DNA of 64,000 nt from positions 13,454,001-13,518,000 of the forward strand of contig CM022669.1 in the NCBI GenBank assembly GCA_012295275.1, written 5' to 3'. A model generated the notes under the pieces. It was not told where the DNA came from. It did not search any database and saw only the letters and a program-made list of their open reading frames with translations. Positions 51,012 through 64,000 of this stretch are shown one piece after another (position 1 is the first letter of the stretch; every line of letters begins with the position of its first letter). Source of the DNA: Chrysomallon squamiferum. Taxonomy: Eukaryota > Animalia > Mollusca. Both the position numbers and the translations under genes were made by a program.

Positions 51012-54000
51012 TTACAGTTCAAAAATAGCAGCGCCCCCTGCTGGCTGGGTGGCAAACAGCGAAGTAGCTACTTTAGAAGCTCTGGCTGGAACTGACAAAT
51101 AATAATCTTGTCGTACTTTTGCCAGGAATGAATCCACTTCTTTTGATGGTACCATGGAAACAGCACACCCACCCCACCCTGCCCCTGTCAGTCTTGATCC
51201 CAGGGCACCGTTTTTCCTACAAGAAAAATAACACGAAATATTTCACACTGATGATGATGATACAGAATGGAAAATAGGGTTCATTTAATTTACTGTTCTC
51301 AGATATACGAAATGTGAATACAAGTATCATTATATGTTTAAAAATCCGTATGCTCAGTAAAATTTAAGTGTTAAAGCATGTACATGCATATATAAACATT
51401 TCAATGCAAAAGGCATATATCATAGAAAATTACTTTTCTGAAACATTTTTCTTATGAATCCTGACCTGAAAAGGACATTAAGCTTTATCAGTATATTACA
51501 AATTAAATTACATCTGAAAATAATACAGAACAAAAAAACAAAAAACTGTAATGCGGATTACAATACTGTGCTAAAAGTTACACAAAACATATATTCCATT
51601 GTCTGAATCACTTAAAACATACCAAAAATATACTCAAAAAAATATCGTCCTAGAAATGCTTCATGAATAAAATAAAATATACTACATTAAACTATATTGC
51701 AAACATACCACAGAAAAAAAAAAAAAAAAAAAAAAACCCAGAAGAAATACAAACAAACTTGTACAAGAAATACTCCATAAATGGTAAAACGGCCTTCAAA
51801 ATATAAAATGGTCAAGTTCTGTTCTTACTCATAGAATATTGACTCACATGCAGATGTTAACGAGTTTGTCGAGGTCTGGGTGACTGCACTCGTACAGGTC
51901 TCTACAGCTGGTGTGACTGTCGCTCATCAGCTGCCCCAGTCTGCTGAGAATGTCGGGAGGTTGCTTTTCACCCAGTCGCTTGAATTCCCAAACCCGGTGA
52001 GCTTCCCTGAACACATGCAGTGCTCTCTGATACAGTTTGAACGTTTCCACTGGACAAAAATAATCAGTTTGTTTTATATTTCAGTTTTACAGTTATTTCG
52101 ATTTCCGATAAAACAAACTTTCTTTGTTTTTTTAATTTTAAATAGTTTTAATTTTTTTTATTTTTTTTTCATTTTGAAACTATTTTTTGCAGTCATAATA
52201 AATATCCAGCTTGTTAAATATCAAGGGTTTTAATCAAAATTAATCTTTCATAGAAAGAATTTCTTTAACTTATTAATTTGATTTTATCACGGACTGATAC
52301 AGCTATGTGGTAATGTAAAAATTAAAGGTTTAAAGTAGTTCAGAACACAAAATAAAAAATAAAAGCACTAATGCAATGATTTGTATTTTACTTTTTTGAA
52401 ATCCAAATAAAGAATTATTATAATTTTTTTATTTTTTTATTTTTTTTTTTTTAAATAAGCAGTATATTTTATGTACTATTCTATTCAAGCTAGGAAAATC
52501 AAGATGGAAGAAGAAGCTGCCAACTGGACACACCAGATAAGGATCTTCCAGTCTGTTACTGCTCTTTTCATCATTAATGTTTATTAACGAGTTACATCTA
52601 ACAAATTATTTTCTTCTTCTTCTTTTTATTTTTTATATGTATATATATAGCCTTATTTATATACTAGATCAGAATATATTTTAATAAATAATAAATATTT
52701 TTTACCTGTAAGAGTATTGACACTTAGTACATTCTCTGCAAGTTCATCTGGAGTAATTTCTAGAATGTCACAGACTTCTTTCTTACTATATGGTTCCTTG
52801 TGGAGTTCAGACTGCACAATATTGGTCATGTTCTTCAAATCAACACCAAGTTTCTTTTGAAGGTCGCCCAACTTTTTCAGATTGTTCCAGTCCAAACCCT
52901 TTGCTTTTGCAATAATCTGAAATTACAGAAGTTTTTTTTTTATTTTGAGAGAGTTTAATTAAGTGTTGGTAACAAAATAATAATAAAAAAAAATAAATAC
53001 AAAAATTGAAATTAAAAATACAAAATACAAAAAATAAAATTAAAAAATATAAAATAAATAAATAAATAAATATTTAAAAATAAATAAATAAATGAAACAC
53101 GATTTTTTTTTTTAATTAAATGGACATTTTAACAAAACATTTAGCTAAAAAGAAAATATGTTTTATAATCTGATAATTTATTCTGGTTTTTTTTCTTTTT
53201 GAAATTATTTATTTAGAAAACTTGAAGCACATTACCTGACATGCTATTCTGTCCTCCACCACACGGATATTAAAATCTGAAGTAGCTGCTTTATTCAGCT
53301 CCACACAGCTGTTACTGATTACAAATACAGCGCCCTCTGGCAACTTTACATCAGTTGACTTCAAGGGATTGAACTCTATCAATTTGGCCTGTACAATTTC
53401 ATAATAAAATTAAACAAATTAAACTACATTATTTGATGTTATATTCCAAACATCTGATAATATCTAATATAATCAAAATTTGCTTTGTCTCCCACCAGTC
53501 TTACAGAGTTATCTGCTCTTGAACTGCTCATCAAGCTAGACTCTGTTTAGCATATCAATATAATATATAAAGTTGTCTGAATTATTTGAAAATTCATGGT
53601 TGAAATAATGACAGGTTTAACAATTATACTGTTATTTGTTTTATTTTTGGATATGAAAATATATATATTTAATTTTTTGGTCACTTTAATAAAAAGCAAT
53701 GTAAAATGAGAATACCATTCCTTCTTGAGCCATGAAACAGATAGCTTGGTCCATTCCACCTCCTTCAGTACCAATATAGTGCTCACAGTGAGCACATAGA
53801 TCAGACAACTCTTTCTGAAAATAATAAAAACAGTTTCAGACTTAAGAACAAAAATCTTTAATGTCATATAATAGTATCTTTCTAATAATGCTTACCACAA
53901 TAATGGCATGCTGAACAAAACATATTGTCTATAATTGAATAACAAAACTTTTTAAGGCCATATTAAAGTATTAATGGACATTTTAATGAAAATTTTAATA

Positions 54001-55452
54001 CAGATAATGACAAACATTCACCATTCCAATCTGAGTTATAATTGCATTATTTTCAAAGTTTCATAACATGAAAGAAAACATCTGGTAACATTTTTAACAT
54101 AATTAATGTTACTTAACTAGAACACTGTCTCTAAGAATATCTAAACTGCGATTTTTATTTTTATTATTATTATTTTATTAAACTGAAATTACCTTAGTTA
54201 ACTTCCATCCATTAACATGCATCATACACAGTGCTGCACAACAGACCAATGCACTGGAACTAGACAGACCTGCACTGTGTGGTATGGTTCCATCAACAGT
54301 GCAGTTAAAACCTTTGGCATTCTCAGAACCACAGTGTTCCAACACACCCTTGACTCCACACAGACCATAGTAGTACCATTTCGGATTAGATTTGTGTATT
54401 GTGATGTCACTTAAATTGCATTCAAAGTCTCTGAAAAAAAAAAACGGTTTGTTTATATGTATTTAGTATTGAAAGTGTTTAAGTCATATGTGCTTTATTA
54501 AGAATTCTGAATTCAAGACTTGAAGTTAAATCTCGTAAATTTTAACCTCTCAGAAAATATTGCTGTTATAATTATTTTACTTTTTTCGTACTGTAATGGT
54601 TCTGCAATAGAAATAATGAAATTAATGGAATACATAACAGATGATCTTGAAACTCTTAACTGTAAATGAAAATCATAAACAAAAAAGTATGTAATATAAT
54701 AACTGGTTCAGTTGTCCTATCAATGAATTACTTAATTTTTCATCAAAGTTTTACATCCATGATGAAATCAGAATGAAATTCAGTAAAAATAAAATAAAAT
54801 AAAAATGAAAAAATAAAAACTCACTCGTACTTTGATACATTTTTGGACTGGTATAAATGCACAGTCCAAATTATACTTTCCCCTATACTTTCTCAGCAAT
54901 ATATAAATAATAAAAAAATATTTTAAAATTTTGTAACTTACGAAAATCCAGGATCAGTGTTGCTAAACACCATTTTCTCTGAATCATTTGGCTGAACAGC
55001 AAAGACAATGTCTTGTTCAATTGCCATTGGAAGAACCGCATACCCACAGTAATCAATGTGTTCACCTGTAAAATAAATAAATAAAACTAAATAAATAAAT
55101 AAACAGATAAACAGATAAATAAATTTTAAAATTTTTAAGAAAAGAACACTATTAAATTTTTATTTATTTTTTTAAATTTATGAAAGAACACTATTAACAA
55201 AAATTTAATTAATGAAAGAAGTAACACTATGTGACTGTATAAAAATTCAAAATTAAATATTGCATTTTTCGTCATTAACTTATATTAATTAATGAAAAAT
55301 TAACATTATCTAATACCAGTATAATTTAATATATTAAAATAAAATCATCAAACTGATCATGAATTTGTAGTTCTGCAGCTGAAAATTCTACACCTTTACC
55401 ATAAAGGGTGCTTTATTATCTACTAAAACGTTTTACAAATCTCTATGTATTA

Positions 55453-55506
<54 letters not shown>

Positions 55507-55817
55507 TGACTATTAACAATGTTAGATAAGTATTTCTGAACAGAGCCTAATAATATTAAAAATATATAAAACCAAAACTGGTTTCTGTAATACAGAAATC
55601 ACCTATCAAGTTCACCCTGCCTGGAGCTCTTGCAAAAAAAGTTGGATCATTTCCAAACTGTGATTTAAATTTCTTTTTTATCTTGTCATATCTAAAAAAC
55701 AGAATCAATAGCTCATAAAGTTATTAAACACTTGAATCAATTGCAAGAATATCATTTAAGTATCTTTGTTCTTTCGTTATAATTGTTGTTGTTGTTTTTT
55801 AGTTGTTTTTTTTTTTT

Positions 55818-55863
<46 letters not shown>

Positions 55864-56241
55864 TATTAATCATAATAATAATAATTCTGTATATACAATG
55901 TCTGTGATAAACAGTTTTCTTTTATTATATTTATATGAAGAAAAAAATATATATCTTATGTTGTATCTAGTGTATTATGGAAAAATAAAATAAAATATAA
56001 AACAATTATGCTTTACTGAAAAAGTTAAGTACGGTAGTTCTGGAAATCGATTTTTAAATTAAAACATAATAATTTTAGTTATTTCTGCAAACAGTCTGCT
56101 AAATTGCATTTTTCGATAAAACAAGGTTTTGAAAAATACTTTCAAAATAATTTTATAAAAATGCCATGAACAATATCACATGGTTTAGTACCTCAACTGA
56201 TCTGATTTTGGGACTGTGATAAAAACTGGTGGATACTCCAT
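51012..56241 (-). CDS. GALK2: N-acetylgalactosamine kinase / galactokinase 2, about 456 aa; coding exons (minus strand) 56192-56241, 55603-55691, 54942-55065, 54193-54430, 53716-53814, 53236-53388, 52706-52916, 51848-52049, 51012-51216
   Basis: The spliced frame of 1371 nt contains [29 protein letters not shown], the GHMP loop [38 protein letters not shown] and [17 protein letters not shown]. All introns are GT-AG with matching phases. Confidence 0.95.
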
Positions 56242-56533
56242 ATTTATAACTGTCACATGCTTGTCACGTGTTCATGGTAACACCTACTAACAATACCGAC
56301 CTAATCATTCCTTGCGGGGATGATTTTGTTCTTGTAAATGACATATATTGTTATTATTATTATGTGTATGTGTGTGTGTGTGCGTATGCGTATGTGTGTG
56401 TATGTGTACGTGTGTTCCAGTTATAATTTGTAATTATATTTTTTTATTAAGACAAATACGGTAGCCTCAACTTATACAGATTCAATTTAGTCTCGCTTTC
56501 AATCGAATGTCGTTATCGATACCAAGGACAAAC
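56242..56533. promoter_or_regulatory. Bidirectional promoter between GALK2 and MRPS30
   Basis: Only 292 bp separate the divergent ATGs. Contains E-box GTCACGTG (56263-56270) overlapping X-box-like GTGTTCATGGTAAC (56268-56281) and a (TG)n tract. A YY1-like AACATGGCGGC spans the MRPS30 start. Confidence 0.7.
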
Positions 56534-57627
56534 ATGGCGGCCACCATGTCAGGTTCGTGTAGATCAAAGCTTTTAGGTAAATATATCCAAAATGCATTGT
56601 TTTGTTTCTACCGAAACAGCAGTGCCCTTCAGCCTCAGCTAGAGGAAATATCTCAGGTAGAATATCCACCTGTTAAGCCGAAATATCCACCTGGAATCTG
56701 GGGAGAGATGGATCGAAAATATGCATGGTTATGGTATAATCAGATGCAGCGAATGGCCGAGCTGTCAGATCCACAGCAACGAATTGACGACCTGACATCA
56801 AAGGAAATGAAAATGTGGCGCTTTAATGTTCCAGAATTGTATCCACGACAAACAGGTTACTTGCAGTACGTAACTAAAACACACATGGTTGATGACCTCC
56901 CAGAAATTTATAAGCAAATAGAAACCGATTCTTTAATGGATAAAGTTAAAAAATTGCTCGTTGAATATTTATGCATAGAAAACGATAAACTGCTGCGAGA
57001 AGTATATCTGTCAAAACTCAGTGGTTGGAAACAAGATTTCCACAGATCGCAGGTAATGGTAGATGCTATAAACAGGTCAGTTTTACAGATTGCATCTCAT
57101 AAATGTGAACATTTAGCAGATTGCCTGGTTGGAGAAAATGTCCAAGTCAATGCGTTTTGGGACCGATATGGAATTGAGAGAAGCAAAAGATGTGTACATC
57201 CGAAGAAAGCAGTATTTGTTAAAGTGAAAGACAGTCGGTTCCAGGCAAAATATGTGTCTGACTATCAAATCAGAGTTGAAAAGCCTTTGCCAGAGGTTAG
57301 CAGATTGAAATTTAAAAATTAAAAACAACAACAACAACAACAAAAAAAAAAAAAAATTAGTAATAATAATAAAGTAAAAGTATATAGTAATCAGTTTAAT
57401 TCATATACATTATTTGACTATGATTTCTAATGTTCTGTACATATATTTTATGAGTTTATTTAAAAATGTAAATTATGCATAATTTTGTACAAATTAATAA
57501 AATATAAAAAAAGTGCAACAAAAAATAATTTACTAAATTACTGAAATATATATTTATGTTATGATAAATAAACAAGATTTTTTTTCATTGATTGTTTTTT
57601 TTTTTTATAGTTACACTGTTATGGTAT

Positions 57628-57662
<35 letters not shown>

Positions 57663-59313
57663 TTATGAGTGTGTCATCTACTTTTATATCCACTGATGCC
57701 ATTAAATATTTTTTCTATAAGAAAATTAGGATACTAAGTAGTCATTTTTATTTTTATTTTATTTTCTTATTTGACTAGTTTGTCCCCATTGATGACTCAC
57801 TGTGTGTTGATGGTGATGGACTGAAGTTGGAATATCATCCACGAAGTCATGGACAGGTTATGCTGAGAACAGAAAAACCATCAGTAATTCCTGGTAAGTC
57901 ATTTTTGTAACAAAGATAAATAAATAAAATATATAATTGTGAGAGGATTATTGAAAACAAATATTCTGTTTTATTTTTGCAGTACAATATAGAGGTAAAC
58001 CAACTGTGCATATTTATTTATTTATTTATTTATTTGATTATTATTATTATTCATATTATTATTATTATTTATATATATATATAATGCTTGTTTTTTCTTC
58101 TCTAGAAGGCATATCTTGTTTTACACAAAAATACCATTACTTTTAACACACCTATTATTTAATGAAAAAGAATATGGATTTCTTGGAGTCTCTGTAAGTA
58201 AGGATCCTGATTCTAAATTCACAATGTTATTACTTTTAAATGTTATGACCAAATATCTACCTGCTCAGACTATATTAACTCTCGAAAGCACTTAAAATGC
58301 CCTTCTAATGTTAGTACAACACTACAGATATTACGTAAAACAACAACTTATTATTTTATTGAGGAATTTTAGATTTTTGATTACAATGAAACAGTGTACA
58401 TGTTAATTTATTTTATAATTTTAAGATGTGTAATTATCTTTTTACAGGTCATTGGCTGGGAGATCCATGTGAGTTTGGTCAGCTGTCAGTACTTCTAACA
58501 AACCAACTACAGCAGCATGTCAGACACAATGAATTCAACCCTCACTATGTGCTGGAGTTTGAGAGAAATCTTGGTCTCGGTGCATCTTTTGTTTGGCTTG
58601 TTGCTCAGGCACATACGCAAGGTAATTTGGCATAGCATTTAATTTCTTATTTTAGGTTAATTCAGTTTTCATTTGTTTTGTTTTGTTAATTTAAATTTTT
58701 TGTGTATTAAATAATTTGTTAATTTAGAAATAAGCAGTTAAGTATTGTCATCGCAGATATACCATTATTGGTTGAACTAGCATAATTGATATAGTTTTAA
58801 AAAATATATATTTCTAGATTTTATTATTTTTGAAAATAAGATTCATATGTAAAATGTTATAAAGATTTCATGATCTGTATTTATAATTTTTAAATATACT
58901 TTTTTTTGATTTTGTAAATATGTAATTTTGTTTCTGAAGGCTTCAACACCTATCTGGATCTGACATACCCGTTCACCACTCAGACAATACTGACCGACGG
59001 TCAACACTTCACATTCTTTGCCTATCAGTTGAATACACTGCACCTGTGGAAGGACAGCGAGGCAAACCCAACACAAAACGTCTGCTGGCACACTGACCAG
59101 ATGAAACTGTACGACGTCATCGAAAACGGCGAGGTCAAAGGCTTCAACGATGATGTGCTCAGAAACATTCTGAAAATGTTTGTGATGAAGCCACGAACCG
59201 ATGTTGACAACCTCAAACCCACTCTTCCAGATTTTGAATCAGAAAAACAGACAGAGTATATTAGTGAAAAGAAAGAAGAGATAGTTGTAGAAGAAGAAGA
59301 AATCTATATGTAG
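56534..59313 (+). CDS. MRPS30: Mitochondrial ribosomal protein mL65 (MRPS30/PDCD9 family), about 474 aa; coding exons 56534-57295, 57779-57893, 58448-58621, 58940-59313
   Basis: Mitochondrial-presequence-like N-terminus, then YPPVKP, QYVTKTH, QIRVEKPLPEF, PGHWLGDPCEFG, AQAHTQGF and YPFTTQTILTDGQHFTFFAYQLNTL. Introns are GT-AG with consistent phases. Start chosen at AACATGGCGG; an in-frame upstream ATG exists at 56507. Confidence 0.88.
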
Positions 59314-61407
59314 TGCTTTTATCTAACATTTTTGACTTTTTACAGTGTTTCAGACTTTAATCTACATATTTAATTAATATTATAAAGAAGCTGAAAATGT
59401 ACATAAAACAAGGCTCCTGAATGTAATTATAAACTGAAAAAAAAACACTAGTGCGAAAATTTGTACTGCAAGTAAAATATAAATTAACACAACTTTGGTG
59501 TTTTTTGTTTGCATTAAAACATTGAATATTGACTAATATATTTGAAACTTAAAAAATCCCACTGGTGCTAGCCTAACTAACATCTTGTTAATTAAGATGA
59601 AAACATATGCACAGATATTAAAAATCATTAAACATTAATTTATTATGTAACAATTTTTGTTATTAGATTTTGAAATGATACAATTATCTCTTAACTGAGG
59701 GTCATGCATACTTTTCTTTTTTTTTTTTTTTTACTAAATTGGCCACATTTCAATAATCAGAATTCATTCTATGGGAAACAGAAGCCACAAAAATGGCATA
59801 TATTAATATCTAATAAGACTGCATAACACCCAAACTGACATTTGTAAATGCCTATTTATAATTAGAGACCCTTAGATTAATACTTTGTTAAAATAGATAT
59901 ATTTAAAAGAAAACTCAAAATCTGTCTTGTACTCTGTACCATAAAAATAACTAAGTTTATTATATATTATAATGATAGAAATCAATTACTGGGTGTCATT
60001 ATCCTTTATAACATCTTTCAGATGTTTTAACTGATTGTCATTTCTTTTCTTCACCTTTTTCTTTCTTTAATTAATAACAAAAAATAACCATTGATAATTC
60101 AAAAATTTTATTTCATGTACAAGGATCAGTAACAAAAACATGAAATTTCATATCACAGTCACTTTAAAAATGGTTTTGTACTTTTCTTTGGTAAATTAAT
60201 AGCCATAAAAGAAACAATGGAATGTTATATTTTTATGGACATTATTACATAAATATAATAAAAACAAACTAAGAGTAAGATATATTAATGTTGGCTTATC
60301 AGTGATTCAGTTTGATTTTGGCATTTAAAAAAAAAAGATTTTGACTTCTTAGTTCAGTGACTCTTTGAAACGGCAAAATCTATGAGTCATGTAGAAAATA
60401 AAACTGCTGAAGATTTCTTAAATACAACATTTATTTATTAATTCAGTAATTAAGTATCCTATTTTCAAAATTGTTAAATAAATGTATTACAAGAAAGCTG
60501 TGTAAATTAACTTCTGACTTCTTGAAAAAAAGCGGATGTATAAAAAATCTTTTGTAATGCTACACATTTCCCAAACATTAAAATGTTTCTAAAATAATAA
60601 GTTTCAAAAATATTTATTTATGGTAATTTTTAAATTAATGCAAAAAACAAATTTTAGTCTGTGATCAAGTCACAAATAAAATAAATAATTATAAAAATAA
60701 TGTAATTTCCTTATACAAATGAGCAAACAGTTGAATATTAAATGAAAATAACATGAAGTGAATTATAAAATTTCTACACGAACAGAAAGAACAACAGTGC
60801 ACACTGCACACACAAAATGTCCTCAGAATAAATACACATTTTGGTTTGGTCATGGGAAAACATCTAAAAATTTATTTCTACATTTTTTTATGGTTCATTT
60901 ATACTTCAAAATAAATTAAGAATTGTGAAATATTTTTGGCAAATTATTTGGATAACAGATTCTTTTCGCAGCACTGTGTGACATCAAAAAATACATGAAA
61001 ATGTCAATGATCAATATATTTGGTTTTGCAAAAATAATAATTATTTCTGTGTTGGTGGTGTACATCTGTTGAGTAAGTGGTATCATTTCAGACACTGGAT
61101 ATTTCATGATCAGAAACGTATCTGTTCAACACAATTACAACACTAGAGATGGTTCATTACTGGTCTAGATTATATTTCAGTTAATTCTTCAGCTACATCT
61201 ATAAAACAAACTCCACCAGATTTCCTTAATCCTTGTTACAAACATAATCTCAAATCTGGCATCTAGACCTTTCATAAATAAACACATAATAAATATTAAA
61301 AATGAGGGTTCACTTGTAAAACATGGACGGATGGATTTATTGGTTTTTTCTCCCATGTACAACAGTAAAATAATTTAAACAACTGAAAAATTAAAAACAC
61401 CAACTGC

Positions 61408-64000
61408 CTATGTCATCTGCAAAGGCTCTAACTGATTGTACTTCAGGTTAATTTTCCGAGTTGCTATTTCGTATTTGATTGCATGTTCTTTCCTCTCTTC
61501 CTGCAGCCAGTAGATCATTTCTATTCTGTCCCACTTCATCTTCTCAGAATAGGGTCGACCCTGTGAGAAAACCCCCAGATATAATATATATATACATATA
61601 TTTATATTTATATAGAGAGAGAGACAGAGAGAGACAGAGAGTCAGACAGAAAAAAAAGAGATCACCCACAAACATGATTATTTTAATAATACTTCAACAA
61701 TGTATTGTTAAAGGTTGACACTATTACTGTGTAAGAATGACAAGCTGATTTTAAACTGTGGTAAACTTGTATGCAATCATACCATCAAAACCATGTTTAA
61801 TTACATTTCACTATGGGTGTCTGAAATCTTTATTGATATATTGATAACAGTATGGACATAATTATCCTCTGCATCTAACTGAATCCATACAAGTTCATTA
61901 CGTAAATCAGAATACCAAACAACCCATTACCTGCCATAGTTTAACTGTTGGGTGGGTTAGATTGCAAATTTTGCTTTTACACCAAACTTGGTCTTTCCAG
62001 GGCTATTAATTATGATAAAAATGAATAAATGAATCGGAATGAATGAAAAGAAATCAATTTTTGGTGATTAAATTGGTATATGCCTTGAACTACAAACCTT
62101 GAAAGTAACCGTATCTTGAAATTCTTCTCTGAGTGTTTCCAACTCAACACATATCTCAGCATCCAATCTGTTGATTCTCTGGAAACAGCAAAAAAATGTC
62201 ATATCTTTTTTAAAAAATTTTAATGCAGTTATATATAAAACCATAAAAATAAGGATATTTGAAATGACAGTATTGGGTTGAAGAACTCTGCAAATTTCAA
62301 TAAAATCAGATACAAATAGCAACAACATTTTTTATGAATTATAAACAGAATCAGAATCAATTTACCTGGAACAGAATCAGAGACAAATTATGTACAACAG
62401 AACCGAATTGAAAGAGTTAACAACAAAAACAAACACAAATCAGGAACAAGAGAATCAGACACAATTTATCTCAAAAAAACTGAACCCCAGCTAAACTGAC
62501 AGCTGAATTTAACCTATCAATCTTTTCATCTGTAAAAATGATTTGTGACATACCGTGTAAAACCAGCTTCTTTTCTTTGCTTCCTTCATTCTTATTACAG
62601 AACTTTTCTTAAACCCTTGGAAAAGAAAAAGAAGAAGAACATTTTTTTTTTAAATTATGTTGGTTTGTGGGTTATAATCTACTAATTAAAGATGAATATT
62701 TGGAATAATTTAATTACAACAAAACATCTCAACTGTACCAGAGATTACAGTTTCAAAATTTATTTATATCCATTTAAAAATGAAACAAACCTACCAATAA
62801 TAATAACATTAACTCTGCTGAAAAAAGACCCCTGAAGTTTAAATAACATCATCTTATAAGTAAATAAACAGATGCAAAATGACACTGATGTAATATATGA
62901 AGAAAGAAAGAGGTAACAAAAGAGGAATAACATACTACAAAATATTTTTAAAAATATTAACTTTTACTGAATAGGTTATTTAAAGGAATTAAATCAACAA
63001 TTTACAATGTATCATATATAATCCCCTATGTCATTAATATTATTTATGATGGAAATTTTAAATCTTTTTCAATCTCAAAGGACAGGTGAGTTGTCACAAA
63101 GCTTAACAGCAATAATATGGATGCCTCAAAAATGGTGTTCAATAAACATCCCATTCTTGTGCAATGTATTATGTTTTATAGTAAACCATGCATAATTATT
63201 CAAGTTATTAATGTGAAAAACAGAAAAAAAGTGCAAAATACCTTTATGATTTTTTTCAAAGAATCTGTTTGGATCAGATGCTTTTCTTTCAAATTCTTCC
63301 AGACTTCGCAGCAAATCTTCTCTCTCAAGTATTAAATTAGTAATAGATTCCCACATATCCATTGCCTACAGAGTTTAAGGACATGAAAATAAATGTTAAA
63401 TTTGCATGTGTGCCACACACACACATAAATACATACATGTACACAGACCCAACTGTAATAAATATATGGAATAAAAATTTATATTAAAATCTATCTATCT
63501 ATATCTTTATCTATCTATCTGTCTGTCTGTCTGCTTATTTATCTATCTATCTATCCACACACATACATATATATATATATATATTTATCTGTATATCTGT
63601 ATCTCTATGTCAGTCTATCTATCTAACTATTTATCTATCTATCTGTCTATCTATCTATATATATGGAATTATTCTCAGTTATTAATGTAACATTAAGGAC
63701 TATTACTACTAATAGTAATAATGAAAAAAAAAACAAAAAACTCCACAAGAAACCTTGGTGCCTTGTTAAAAGCATTCAGCAGCACTATTTCAATAAGGAT
63801 ATATAATATCACAAGAATAAATCATAAACAAACACTGACATATAAATGACTAAAAATGAGAACGACCTACCTCACTGAGTTTGGCAAAGAATTCGTTGCT
63901 GCTGTATTTAATGGCCATGTCTAATTTTTCTTTGTCTGGCATCAGGAGGCTGCTCCATACTTTCTCCAGCCTGTCCTGCGCTGTCATGATGGCAGGCTCG
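61408..64000 (-). CDS. CCDC87: Coiled-coil domain-containing protein 87, 3' portion; exons (minus strand) 63871->64000, 63242-63365, 62554-62615, 62098-62178, 61408-61560
   Basis: Spliced translation includes QDRLEKVWSSLLMPDKEKLDMAIKYSS, LEEFERKASDPNRFF, DTVTFKGRPYSEKMKWDRIEMIYWLQEER and a TAG stop. These match the CCDC87 C-terminal motifs as I recall them (DMAIKYSS, ASxPNRFF, GRPYxxKM..D..EMxYWLQ). The gene continues beyond the window. Confidence 0.85.

Noticed and set aside
54700-54750. Possible intronic C/D snoRNA on the GALK2 strand (TTGATGA...CTGA)
   Set aside because: Only about 50 nt, with an imperfect C box and weak stem; likely chance in AT-rich DNA.

Overview
AT-rich, microsatellite-dense animal genomic DNA with spliceosomal introns. 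The gene content and repeat style suggest an invertebrate, probably a mollusc (inference). Most short ORFs in the track are translated simple repeats. Six protein-coding genes could be rebuilt exon by exon with consistent intron phases: (1) a class A peptide-type GPCR with a single coding exon (12947-14029, +); (2) CSPG4/NG2 (kon-tiki/perdido-like), 3 coding exons including a signal-peptide exon missed by the ORF track, about 2412 aa, ending QYWV (23991-35344, +); (3) a FAM227B-like gene, 14 coding exons, about 588 aa (40354-49153, +), with two minor-spliceosome (U12) introns, one GT-AG and one AT-AC; (4) GALK2, 9 exons, about 456 aa (51012-56241, -); (5) MRPS30/mL65, 4 exons (56534-59313, +), head-to-head with GALK2; (6) the 3' part of an intron-containing CCDC87 (61408 to beyond 64000, -). 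The most notable points are the paired U12 introns, repeated tandem duplication of splice-junction segments inside FAM227B that creates decoy sites leading to stop codons, a FAM227B-GALK2 tail-to-tail pair matching the human arrangement, a TTACGTCA bZIP-site cluster upstream of CSPG4, RFX X-box-like motifs, and a visible switch between CpG-rich and CpG-poor domains. I found no RNA genes, CRISPR arrays, intact transposons or clearly novel multi-gene system.
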